From NCBI RefSeq assembly GCF_006345805.1, contig NW_021832439.1:1-64000 (forward strand): a stretch of 64,000 bases of DNA. Reading direction: 5' to 3'. Below, in pieces: positions 13,534 to 26,059 of the stretch. Every line of letters starts with the position of its first letter. Within the stretch, counting starts at the first letter, position 1. The notes beneath the pieces were generated by a model. It made no database searches. It saw only the letters and a program-made list of their open reading frames with translations, and was not told where the DNA came from. Position numbers and translations under genes: made by a program. The DNA is from Octopus sinensis. Lineage: Eukaryota.

Positions 13534-14041
13534 TACTATTTAAATTCTATTTAAATTCCTGTTTTGGGAAAAAAAAAAAAAGGGAAAATTTTCTTTACAG
13601 TTTCTTTTTCATCAAGTCTTTTTTTTTTAAGTAATTAGCCTCATTTTTTCTTTCTTTTAAATTATAATCTTAGTCTTTTTTTCAGTCTCTTTTATAATTA
13701 ATTAATTAATTAATTAATTATTTTTAACATGTTCCAATAAGATTTTGTCTTCAATTGTTCACTTAGACATTTGCATGTATGTGCACACAGATGTATATAT
13801 ATATATATATAAATGTATGTAAAAATTCATATTGGTTCCTCAGATGTGTGTGTGTATATATACATACATACACACATACACTATAAATGTTTATGTATGT
13901 ATTTGTGTATGTACTCATGAATTTATAGTAGGTCTGTGTCAATATATATATATATGCTATAAATTCATATGTATGTATGCGGTGTTTGTGTAAGTATACA
14001 TGAAGATATATAAATATATATATATGTGTATATATATATAT

Positions 14042-14079
<38 letters not shown>

Positions 14080-14080
<1 letters not shown>

Positions 14081-17000
14081 TACTTATGGCAATGATCAAG
14101 ATGACGAGCTAAGTCCATGGGTTGCGAAAATGACTGGCCACAGCATTCGAATGAAAATATGGAACGTCCCAGGCCATCTTCATTCTCGACTAATGTGCAC
14201 CTCAGAGGACGGCGCCTCGTTATGGCCCAGTCCTTCGCCTTGTCGTCCGGTGGGTCCTGCAGAAGTGCATTGGCAACGGACAACTTTGAGTCTTCTTCGG
14301 TAACCGGGACCGCAGGGGGGATCAAGGAGAGGGGGTCAGACATGGAAATATTCCCGGTCACATCGCTGATTCTCAGTCCGTACTGGTTGTCGGGCTGCTC
14401 CCCGCAGAAGGTGTCGGGCGCCGGGGACACGTGTTCCATCTTGACGCTCACCAACGAATACGACGGAACTTCCATCTTGGATTTCGGTTCTACCATCGGC
14501 ATCGTGTACAGCAAGGTTCCTTTCTCGTAGAAGTTTGGTTGCATGGCCTCGCAGCACGTGTGGGCCTGCTCCGGCGCCAGGGGTATCATTGCCCCGCCGG
14601 ATGGATATTCGCCAGGGACCAAGCTTCTTTTGAAATCATAGTCACTCTTCATATTTGGCATTATGGTAGGTAACACCGGAACCGTTGAAGCAGATGGGGG
14701 TCTAACAGAAACAGCAGCTGAGGGATATGGCAACGGCGTCGATATTGGTAAGGTGGCTGTTGTGGCAGTCATTGTCATTTGTGGCGGTGTTGTTAATGTT
14801 GTTATTGGTGTCGCTGCTACTGCTGGTGTTGTTGGCGGCATTGGGGTCATCATCCCGATAGGACAGGATGTCGGGATCAAAGCAAGGTTGAGCGGCGGAA
14901 CGGTAGCAACAATTGGCCGCTCCAAGAGTTTCGTCAGTTGGATCGGTTCCGTTCGCATATCAAACACTTCGGATTTCTTCGGCAAACCACCACCACCACC
15001 ACCGGGCTTATGACTCTCTTCCTCCACGGACACTTCCGGAAAGGATGGCGTGTCGTATTTGAAATGGATCAAGTTCTTAAGGATCTCGTCGCGACGTGAC
15101 ATTACACTGGCTGCAGCAGGTTTCTCATCGTGAAGAGGTTCTTGCTGCAGACAAGAATAATCTTTCTGGGGGTCAGGTAGGGTTACCAGTACCTTACTCA
15201 CATCGGGATCCACTTTGGGCAAGATGCTAACAGGTCTCCTTAATTTCGGTGGATCGGGCAGCAGTAGTCCTCGGTCAGCAGCCGCCATTTTAAGAAGACC
15301 ATAAGATGAATTCGACATTGGTCGATTCTTCTTAGGAGGAGACGGCGGCACTTTACGAACTTTCGCCGTCTTTGGAATCACCGTGTGTTTTTTGAGCACC
15401 TTCTGACCGAGAAGTTTCTCTTGATCGTGTTTCTCCTTACTTTGCGTAGACGTACTGAACCGAAGTTTCAAGAAGTTCTTCAAAACGTGCTTCCTGTCCA
15501 CTTTCATGTCCTCTTCAACGCTGCCGCTATTAGAATTCTCATCTTTGGGCTCCACTTTCTTGCTACATCTCAAAGACTTCTTAGACTTCGATCCAGGAGC
15601 GGTTTCTGACAATTTCCGCTTTCTGCTATTGTTGTTGTTGCTGTTGTTGTTGTTGTTGCCCTTCTCTTTCTTCTCTTCCTCACATTTTTCTGCCGCGGGT
15701 TTTTTCTCTCTCGTAGTAGCATTTTGATTATTAAGCTGATCAGATTTATCACAAGACAAAGGTTTGGATGATGACGTGGACGCAGCAGACGACGATGACG
15801 ACGATAACGATGATAACGAAGATGACAACGAAGATGATGACGAGGAAGATGACGACAGAGATGATGACGGTAACGAGTGTCGAGTATTTGACGATGCTGT
15901 CTGTGGAGATGATACACGTGGAACAGTTGTGGAAGATGATGGATTCTGAAGTTTGTCCTTGGACTTTCCAGGACTCTCGGACAAAGACGAAATGAAGTCA
16001 TCACAGAAATATTTTACAGGTTTCTTACACTTCCGCTTGGGCAGCGAACGGACACGCTCTAAAATTTTCAATTGTTCTTTGGGTGTGACTGTCGACTGAC
16101 TGTCGAGTGAAGGGTCATGGTTTCCACCAACATTGGTCTTAACGGTCACGCCTTCTGTTGATGTGAAACTATGATCTTCCCCTTGACCACCAAGACCGTC
16201 CTTGGACACTTGTAGCAATTGGTCATTCTTACCATCGGTAAGCGCTGTTGTTTCACCCGACCGCACATCATGCTGCTGTCGTTCACTCTTTTCTAACAGC
16301 TTGCTACTATTATCGCTTTTACAGGCTCCAAAAATCGAGCTAATCTTCAAGTCATGTAAAGACAGTTTGGATGCCGGGATCACACCCTTAACATCATCAT
16401 CATTATTATCACCATCTTCTTTGTGCCAGCAGTTTTTATTTTGGCCACTACCAGAACTTTCTACTAGTTTTTCTCTCTGATGACTGGGAGAATATATCAC
16501 AGCAGTACTAAGTTTGCTAGGATCGGCAGCAGTAACATCGGTAGATCCCACCTTAATTGGTTGTCCACTGACATAGTCACCATCAACGGTCACACATTGC
16601 CTGATGGTACGAGGCAACTTAATGAGGTTGCCGTCCGTCTCGGAGCCATTGCTCATTTTCCCATCAGGCAATGCGTTCGGAAGAAATATGACCCTTTCTT
16701 GTTCGTGGAACTCATGAGATTCAATAATTTCTGAGACCGGCGTCTGGCATTCAAGCATTTCCTCTTCAGCCTCCCCACCCAACTCTTTTACATTCAGATC
16801 TTTGTTCAACACCTGAATGTCTTTGAGTTCTTTCTCCAACTCTTCTTCTTCCTCTTCTTCATCTTCCGTTAGTGGTGCCTTGCTTTCTTTTCTCTTTCTG
16901 TTATCCTTCCTTTCACAACACAGTTCCCCATCTTCGCCACTCTGACCCTTCGGCTCCATCGCCCAATGTGGCTTCTCCCTTTTGCTCCCTTCATCACCAC

Positions 17001-18605
17001 TTTGCGTTTTCACTTCCTTATCTTTCAGCTTAACTCTGGAACTCGTCCGATCAACTCCCACACCTTCGGCACCACCTTCAACAGCCACTCTCGGCTCCTC
17101 TTCTTTTACCAAAACAACACTTCCAGCATCCACCTTCTTCATCTCCTTAACTGCGGCTTTCTTCCCCTTGCCCTCATTGTCAGTCACATCAACATTCACA
17201 GCCTTATTATCTTCATCCGCAATCACCACAGCCATTGATTGGTTATTACCTGACCTTCCCTTCGTTTCTGAGTGTTCAATACCAATGTCTTTCTTCTCCT
17301 TCTTTCCATCTTCCCCAGGGAGAGCCACCACACCTGGCAGGGTACCAGGCGCAACACTGCCCAATTCTGCTTTCACCTCTGGCTCCTTTTTATCAGCCCC
17401 TACACCAATTGTTTCTTTAACAAACTTTTTTTCCAAAGGTAACACATTCAATTGCTCTTTGGCCCTTCTGTTATCTTTGCAATCGCCATGCAATTCACCC
17501 ATTTTAGAACTGAGTTTAGAAACCAAACACGCTGAAGATGAGCCGTTTCCTACATCATCTTCGGATTTTATTATCTGAGTTTTCGTAACCTCATCGTCTA
17601 AATCCTTCTCGATCTTCACAGAGTTCTGAGACACTGCCTTCTTGGAACCTGAGCTCAAATCTTGACAGGTATTCTTTTCATCCACATCGGCAGCCTGTAA
17701 CTGATTTGAACATTCAGACTTCGTGGTAGGTTTCTGAGGGAGAGAAGTTACAACTTTATCTGTGGCCCCAAGAAGAGGAGATTTTGAGTTCAACACTTTG
17801 GCGGCAGGTTTTTCAACTTTCACTGCCACACCATAAACAAAGACAGGTTTGTTATCAATACTAGAAGAATCATTCCTCTTGGAACCATCAACAGAGAGAG
17901 CGGAAAGTGGTTTGTCTGTGACTAGCATCAACATGTTCTCCTTGCTCGCTGCTGGCGACATTTTCAAACTAGATGGTGAGTCTTTTGATGAAGAATTTTC
18001 CTTGGCAACTGAAGAAGAAGCAGATAGAAGTTTCTCTGCTACTGTCGCAGACGGTTTCCTCTTACTTGCTGCTGGTGATATCAGACCGTTCATTAAATCC
18101 GTTGATGATGAAGAAGTTTTTCTGCCAACATCGTTATCACCACCACCACTACTAATACTACTACTACCGCTACAATCAGAGGCATCGGTAGAAAGCTGTT
18201 TAATGCCATCAGGTTGTTGGCGTACGCCGACCACACCAGCTTTACCATTATCAACTTCCACGGAATCTGATGAGAATTGTTTCCTCTGGGACGCATTCTT
18301 CAGCTGCTTGCTACATCCCGTTTGCTCTGGTTTTGCACCATACTGTCGGCATTGTTCCGGCTGTGGAGGCTGAGATTTCATCACGTTTACAGACCTCGTT
18401 TTAGACTCGGAGACAGATTTAGATTTGGTTCCATGAGCGAAGAAGCATTTGTGTTTGGCGAGGGTTCTGCTCCGACTGTAACGATGGCAACAACTGGAGC
18501 ACTGGAACAATCTCTTCTCATTCTGATGTCGACGACTGTGCACACGGAGATTACACAGATACAGGAACTTTTTAAGACAAGCGGAACACTGAAACTGTCG
18601 TCTCC
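14080..18605 (-). CDS. Terminal giant coding exon of the same zinc-finger protein
   Basis: Acceptor ttttttttcttctttctgtttccag|GG at 18606 is in phase 1 with ORF 14080-18543. It adds GRRQFQCSACLKKFLYLCNLRVHSRRH and FQCSSCCHRYSRSRTLAKHKC, then a long Ser/Lys/Glu-rich region, an NLS-like RKRK, the C-terminal finger FECCGQSFSQPMDLARHLDHCH and TAA at 14082-14080. Confidence 0.9.
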
Positions 18606-18730
18606 CTGGAAACAGAAAGAAGAAAAAAACGCATTAGCAAAAACTTAAAACTTAAGAGATACAACAAAAATAAATCAACAATTAATTATCTGTTTTTAAC
18701 GATTTAGCTTTCAGATTCTTTTATAAAATA

Positions 18731-19362
18731 CTAGCAGTATCACCCGACGTTGCTCGGGTTTGTTTCGACCCTTTAGAATTGGAATTTTTGAAAAGTAAAC
18801 CAGAGGTTTGGGATCTGGCCTGGATATGGAAAAGGTTGAGAACCACAACTCCAGAGGCGTTCCCATCTTAACCATCACATCGAATTCCAAAGTTATAAGT
18901 TTTCTGGTGCTGGCCGCCCAACCCGTGCTTGCGCGTAAAACAGACGTTAAACGATGATGATGATGATGATAGCAGTATCGCCCGGTGTTGCTCGGGTGTG
19001 TTTCGACCCTTTAGAATAGGAATTTTTGAAAAGTAAATTTTGCATTATGTAGCTTGTTATTCTCTTTAAGTGAACATTTTTCTGGTTGAAATACACCGAA
19101 AAATGGCGACACAGCTGTCAAAACAAAAATCGTAAAAAATAGGGATTTTCATAGAAAAAAAAGCACCATTTTGATGCAAATAATTTTTTGTGTTAACATG
19201 GTCTGATTTGAATTTTTTCTTCTATGGAATGAAGAGCAAGCCTTCTTCTATCATACTCTCAATTTTGGTCAACTTTCGCCGCAGGGTCTTGGAGGAGATA
19301 GTGTTAGTTGAAAGCTACCAAACCTGCCCCACATACAGACAACTTCAGTTTTATATATAAGA
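18731..19362 (-). mobile_element. Non-autonomous Helitron with two 3' ends
   Basis: A|TC start at 19362, body shared with the 28039 and 62855 copies, hairpin cccgagcaac..cggg at both 18981 and 18743, and CTAG|T at 18731. Confidence 0.8.
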
Positions 19363-19819
19363 TAACGCTTATATATTTTACATCATTTTCAATTACTCAT
19401 ACATGCTTTCATAGCTTTATGATTTCAGTGATGTGACTCTTTACTTTGGGAATGATATTGTAAGGTATGTGTAAGAGGCCAGATCCAGCTGATTTGAACA
19501 TACATCAGGAAGAATTTTGGGGCCGGATACGGTTGATTTAAATGCTGATGGGTTAACGAATAAACTGTAATTGAAGGCATTTGTAATAAGATGCACATTT
19601 CTTTAATAAAAGTGTCTCAAATGAGTCCTATACACAAAGTGTATAGGACTATACACCAATACTAGGATGCTTTCCACAATTCTTTGTTAGGTAAATCCTT
19701 GTCAATTCATTAACAATCCATTGTGCACAAATTATTCATCAGAATACACAAACAAACCCATGATCAAAGGCATTCCAACCATGACCATTTCATCATTTAT
19801 TTAATCACGTATAAAGGGT

Positions 19820-20005
19820 GGCACGTAAAAAGCACCCACTACACTCTCGGAGTGGTTGGCGTTAGGAAGGGCATCCAGCCGTAGAAACGCTGCCAGATTT
19901 GACTGTCCTGATGAAGCCTTCTGGCTTCACAGACCCCAGTAGAACCGTCCAACCCATGCTAGCATGGAAAACGGACGCTAAACGATGATGATGATGATGA
20001 TGATG
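19820..20005 (+). mobile_element. Family C retroposon 3' end
   Basis: Same 3' end and GAT tail. Confidence 0.85.
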
Positions 20006-20519
20006 AATTCAATTCGAAGGCGGTTTCATTAATGAAAATAACTACTGTGCTTATATACTTTATACTAGAATACTTTGATGCTCAACTCCCAGGTAGGACC
20101 TAATTGAGAACTATAATCAAAGGACGTTCTAGCTGTGACCATCCCCACAGGATAATACCTGGGCTTGCTATATCAAGTGTGTCTTTCCTTTGTTTTAAGG
20201 TAACAAGGTGTGATTTGAGGGAGATTTAGTTACTATTTCTAGCTAGTCGACCAATGTTGTGGAGACACCTTTCCCTCCAAGGCTGATAAAAGAGAGTAGA
20301 TACAGTTATGGACAAACTGCAGTCTTAGAATCAACTAGACACCCACCTCCACATCGCTCAGCTTCACCCACCACTCCCCAGAAGTTACCTTTGTCAAGGA
20401 TTGAAATTATGGTCATTGCTTGACCTGCTAGAAAATGCAGCCAAACCACTCTGAAATCAAGACCCATCGTCTTAAAAAAAATAGAAAAACATCCAATACA
20501 CATAATCATGGTACACACA

Positions 20520-20725
20520 TCATCATCATTAACGTCCATTGTCCATGCTGGCATGGGTTGGACGGTTTGACTAGGGTGGCATGCTGGAAGGCTGTGCCAG
20601 GATCCAGTCTGATTCGGCAGGGCTTTCTATAGCTGCCCTTCTTAATGCCAACCACTCTGAGAGTGTAGTGGGTGCTTTTACATGCCACCAGCACAGGTGC
20701 CATTTGCATGACACCGGTATCTGCC
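20520..20725 (-). mobile_element. Family C retroposon 3' end
   Basis: Reverse copy. Confidence 0.8.
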
Positions 20726-20739
20726 ACATCTGCGATTTT

Positions 20740-20821
20740 ACTTGGCTAAGTTACGGGGACGTAAACACACCTACATCGGTTGTCAAGTGATGGTGGGGAG
20801 GGGGGGCAAACAGACACAAAG

Positions 20822-20852
<31 letters not shown>

Positions 20853-21007
20853 CACACAACAGGCTTCTTTCAGTTTCCGTCTACTAAATCCACTCACAAG
20901 GCTTTGGTCGGCCCGAGGCTATAGTAGAAGACACTTGCCCAAGGTGCTATGCAGTGGGACTGAACCCGGAACCATGTGGTTGGTAAGCAAGCTACTTACC
21001 ACACAGC
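20740..21007 (-). mobile_element. SINE family A, partial
   Basis: Reverse-complement match. Confidence 0.85.
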
Positions 21008-21139
21008 GATAAGTGTGGAAGAACATTCTGGAACACCCAGGATTGGTGCCTTAGAGACAGCAGCACACCATAAACAAAACAGAAGAACCACAGAAAGTGG
21101 ATAGATTAGTAAGAACTAAAACAACTTCAAAATAATCGT

Positions 21140-21500
21140 GGCTGGGTGGTAAGAGGTTTGCTTACTAACCACAAGGTTTCAGGTTCTGTCCCAGTGTGTG
21201 GCACCTGAGGCAGGTGTCTTTTACTTTGGCTTTGAGCCAAATAAGGCCTTGTGAGTGCATTTAGTACAAGGAAATCGAATGAAGCCTGTTGTGCGCGCGT
21301 GCATGTGTGCTTGCCCCTGAACACCATGTGGCAAACGGTGTTAGTTCGTTTATGTCCCTGCAACTTAGAGGGTTCAGCAAATGAGATCAACGAAATAAGC
21401 AACAGGCTTTCCAAAAGGCAAAAAAATAAGCAATGGTTTCGATTTGCTTGACTAAAACTGAAGGCGATTGCCCCAGCATGGCCACAATACAATGACAAAC
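21140..21500 (+). mobile_element. SINE family A, diverged
   Basis: Same layout, many substitutions. Confidence 0.7.
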
Positions 21501-22352
21501 GTATGAATGTATGATGTATGTATGTAGGTATGTAGGTATGTATGTATGTATGTATGTATGCATGCATGATGTATGTATGTATGCATGCATGATGCATGCA
21601 TGATGTATGTATGTATGTATGTATGCATGCATGCATGATGCATGCATGATGTATGTATGTATGTATTATGTATGTATGTATGTATGTATGTATGTATGTA
21701 TGTATGTATGTATGTATGTATGTAGGTAGGTAGGTAGGTAGGTAGGTAGGTAGGTAGGTAGGTAGGTAGGTAGGTATGTATGTAGGTAGGTAGGTAGGTA
21801 GGTAGGTAGGTAGGTAGGTAGGTAGGTAGGTAGGTATGTATGTATGTATGTATGTATGTATGTATGTATGTATGCATGCATGCATGCATGCATGCATGCA
21901 TGCATGTAGGTATGTATGTATGTATGTATGTATGTATGTATGTAGGTATGTATGCATGCATGTATGCATGTAGGTATGTATGTATGTATGTATGTAGGTA
22001 TGTATGTATGTATGTATGTATGTATGTATGCATGCATGTATGCATGTATGCATGTATGCATGCATGTAGGTATGTATGCATGCATGTAGGTATGTATGCA
22101 TGCATGCATGCATGCATGCATGCATGCATGCATGCATGCATGCATGCAGGTATGTATGTATGTATGTATGTATGTATGTATGTATGTATGATGTATGTAT
22201 GTATGTATGTATGTATGTATGTATGTATGCATGCATGCATGCATGCATGCATGCATGTAGGTATGTATGTATGTATGTATGTATGTATGTATGTATGTAG
22301 GTATGTATGTATGTAGGTATGTATGCATGTATGTATGTATGTATGTGTATGT
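21500..22352. repeat. Compound tetranucleotide array (TATG)n/(CATG)n/(TAGG)n
   Basis: Directly visible, ~850 bp. Confidence 0.98.
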
Positions 22353-22679
22353 GAACAATTTATATACATTCTTTCTATATGTCCCCAATATGATCAAAGA
22401 TATATAAATTAAAAAACCTTATTTCCATAGAAACTTGAATGAAGAAATGGAATAAAATGTACCTTTCTTTGGGATTGGATTGAAATTTTGGGTTTTCTTT
22501 TTAAGTAATGAAGTTTCTTTGAGATGGAAACATACTTTTAAATATTTGTTGTAATGGAGATGAGAGAAAAAAGGGGGTAAAATAGATATTTAAGGAATAT
22601 TTTGAAGGTTTTCTAAAAGTTTTTTCTTTTAAACTTCGTGTAAAAAATGTGTGTGTGTGTGTGTGGCAGTGTTTGTGTG

Positions 22680-25168
22680 TGTGTCTGTGTGGATGTTTGT
22701 GTGTGTCCGCATGTATGTATGTATGTGTATATGCGTCTGTGTGGGTGTGTGTGCGTTAAAAGTTTTTCTCAAAAGAATAAGAGTGCATCGAATATGGGAG
22801 GCAACTCTTGCAATAGTTCTACATAAATATTTTCCCTTTAACTAACTTTGGCAGAAATGAGGAGAGAGGAGGGAGAAGGGAGAGGGAAGGAACGGGACAA
22901 TGGAGTGTGATAGAGAGGAAAGATGGGAGAAGGCAGAGGAGAGACGAAAAAAAAGGATATGGAAAATATGGAAGGAGAGAGAAATGAGGAATGAAGGATG
23001 AGAGGAGGGAAGAGGGTAATGATGAAAAGACGAAGGAGGAGGGAGAGAGGAACGACACATTGGAGTGATAGAGGAAAGATATGAGAAGAAGGCAGAGGAG
23101 AGACGGGTAAAAAAAAGACGTAAGGAAAACATGGGAGAGAAAAATGAGGGGAGAAGGATGGGAGGAGGGAATGATGAAAAGACGGAGGTGGAGAGAGAGA
23201 GACGAGGACAGGAAGAGAAGAGACAGAGGAACGAGTGAGGAAAGATATGAGGAGAAGGCAGAGGGAAGACGGGTAAAAAAGACACATAAGGAAAATATGG
23301 AAGGAGAGAGTAATAAGGAATGAACGATGAGAGGAGGGAAAAGGGAGAGAGAGAGAGAGGAACAGAACAAGGGAGTGATAGAGAGGAAAGATGTGAGGAG
23401 GAGGCAGAGGGGAGACAGGTAAAAAAATCAAGGAAAACATGGAAGGAGAGAGAAATGAGTGAAGGATGAGAGGAGGGAAGAGGGAATGATGAAAAGACGA
23501 AGGAGGCGGGAGAGAGACGAGAACAGGGAGAGGGAAGAGGGGAGTGGTGGAGAGAGAGGATCGTTTATTTGAAGCTGAAAAATGGTTCTTTCCGTTATTC
23601 CTCAGTTTTACTATTATTTTAAGTTTCTTTCTTTCAAAGAAATTATTACGAATATTTTTGAATATGTGTGTGTGCGCGCGTGCGTGTGTCCCTGTCGTCA
23701 TGCTCTTCATACTTTCGGCAAATCCGATGATGATTCATTCGCTCCGTCGCCGACCGACCTTCAACTGCGGAACAGAACGGAAGTGACGACATAGAGAATA
23801 CAAGCGTTTCGGACGACCCAATAAATAAATAAATAAATAAATGTGCGCGCGTGCGTCGTGCATATGTGTGTGTATGTGCGTGTTGCGTGTGTGTGGTGTG
23901 TGTGTGTGTGTGTGTTGTGTGTGTGTGTGTGTGTGGATGTTTGTGTGTGTCCGCATGTATGTATGTATGTGTATATGCGTCTGTGTGGGTGTGTGTGCGT
24001 TAAAAGTTTTTCTCAAAAGAATAAGAGTGCATCGAATATGGGAGGCAACTCTTGCAATAGTTCTACATAAATATTTTCCCTTTAACTAACTTTGGCAGAA
24101 ATGAGGAGAGAGGAGGGAGAAGGGAGAAGGGAGAGGGAAGGAACGGGACAATGGAGTGTGATAGAGAGGAAAGATGGGAGAAGGCAGAGGAGAGACGAAA
24201 AAAAAGGATAAGGAAAATATGGAAGGAGAGAGAAATGAGGAATGAAGGATGAGAGGAGGGAAGAGGGAATGATGAAAAGACGAAGGAGGAGGGAGAGAGG
24301 AACGACACATTGGAGTGATAGAGGAAAGATATGAGAAGAAGGCAGAGGAGAGACGGGTAAAAAAAAGACGTAAGGAAAACATGGAAGGAGAGAGAAATGA
24401 GGAATGAAGGATGAGAGGAGGGAAGAGGGAATGATGAAAAGACGGAGGTGGAGAGAGAGAGACGAGGACAGGAAGAGAAGAGACAGAGGAACGAGTGAGG
24501 AAAGATATGAGGAGAAGGCAGAGGGAAGACGGGTAAAAAAGACACATAAGGAAAATATGGAAGGAGAGAGTAATAAGGAATGAACGATGAGAGGAGGAAA
24601 AGGGAGAGAGAGAGAGAGGAACAGAACAAGGGAGTGATAGAGAGGAAAGATGTGAGGAGGAGGCAGAGGGGAGACAGGTAAAAAAATCAAGGAAAACATG
24701 GAAGGAGAGAGAAATGAGTGAAGGATGAGAGGAGGGAAGAGGGAATGATGAAAAGACGAAGGAGGCGGGAGAGAGACGAGAACAGGGAGAGGGAAGAGGG
24801 GAGTGGTGGAGAGAGAGGATCGTTTATTTGAAGCTGAAAAATGGTTCTTTCCGTTATTCCTCAGTTTTACTATTATTTTATGTTTCTTTCTTTCAAAAAA
24901 ATTATTACGAATATTTTTGAATATGTGTGTGCGTGCGCGTGCGTGTGTCCCTGTCGTCATGCTCTTCATACTTTCGGCAAATCCGATGATGATTCATTCG
25001 CTCCGTCGCCGACCGACCTTCAACTGCGGAACAGAACGGAAGTGACGACATAGAGAATACAAGCGTTTCGGACGACCCAATAAATAAATAAATAAATAAA
25101 TGTGCGCGCGTGCGTCGTGCATATGTGTGTGTATGTGCGTGTTGCGTGTGTGTGGTGTGTGTGTGTGT

Positions 25169-25200
<32 letters not shown>
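22680..25200. repeat. ~1.25-kb tandem duplication containing a GA-rich minisatellite and a unique CpG-rich segment
   Basis: Identical blocks offset by 1244 bp (22691/23935) to 1259 bp (23811/25070). Confidence 0.95.
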
Positions 25201-25203
<3 letters not shown>

Positions 25204-25285
25204 TGTTGGTAATCCCTCGTAGTCCGGGGGGTTTATTCTCGTTGAATAAACCTGCACGAACGATTCGTTTATAGTGATCAGATAT

Positions 25286-25456
25286 GGTGCAGGGACTGGC
25301 TGTGTGGTGGTAAGTAGCTTGCTTTACCAACCACATGGCTCCGGGTTCAGTCCCACTGCGTGGCATCTTGGGCAAGTGTCTTCTACTACAAGCCTCGGGC
25401 CGACCAAAGCCTAGTGAGTGGATTTGGTAGACGGAAACTGAAAGAAGCCTGTTGTA

Positions 25457-25496
<40 letters not shown>

Positions 25497-25731
25497 GTGT
25501 GTGTGTGTTTATGTTTGTGTGTCTGTGTTTGTCCCCCCACAACATCGCTTGACAACCGATGCTGGTGTGTTTACGTCCCCGTAACTTAGCGGTTCGGCAA
25601 AAGAGAGATCGATAGAATAAATACTAGGATCACAAAGAATAAGTCCTGGGGTCGATTTGCTCGACTAAAGGCGGTGCTCCAGCATGGCCGCAGCCAAATG
25701 ACTGATACAAGTAAAGACTAAATAGTAAAAG
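25286..25731 (+). mobile_element. SINE family A
   Basis: Full-length copy. Confidence 0.9.
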
Positions 25732-25734
25732 TGT

Positions 25735-26012
25735 AATGTGCTGCCCTTTAGCTCACACCCTCCATCAAATCGACGTAGTCTGAACAGGGGTACGGTGCAC
25801 CCCTATGTTATCCCACCCAGTCTACTAAGTCCTCCGCCCGCTGACATGCGACCACACACACACAATGCACGGGTCCCAAGTGCCCAAGTGATCGCGGAAG
25901 CAACGAGGGACGAAGTGTTTTACGGCCAACCCAGTCCGGGCATTGAGACCACGCGATCTCGTGATCCTAAGGGCAACGCCCTGACCATGGGGCTATATGC
26001 GCCTTTCACATA
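25735..26012 (-). mobile_element. GC-rich tRNA-headed SINE-like sequence (unclassified)
   Basis: The minus strand starts ggcgcatatagccccatggtcagggcgttg..., a head resembling family D, with a different body. Confidence 0.45.
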
Positions 26013-26059
26013 TGCTTTGTGGCAAAAAAAAAGTTTGCTGGCAAACCACAGAGTTCCAA

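Noticed and set aside
14070-14090. Possible splice donor AA|GTAATA overlapping the stop codon
   Set aside because: I found no downstream finger exon in 1-14 kb, and UTR-like sequence with AATAAA follows. TAA is kept as the stop, though RNA-seq should confirm.
19900-19935. CTGATGA followed by a small hairpin in family C
   Set aside because: No GAAA after the stem and no stem III or cleavage triplet, so not a hammerhead.
21127-22397. Long ORFs of HTYI/MYVC repeats
   Set aside because: They are translations of tetranucleotide microsatellites, which lack stop codons by composition.
22819-24969. Ser/Leu/Pro/Phe-rich ORFs of 150-295 aa
   Set aside because: Translations of the pyrimidine-rich minisatellite strand in the tandem duplication.
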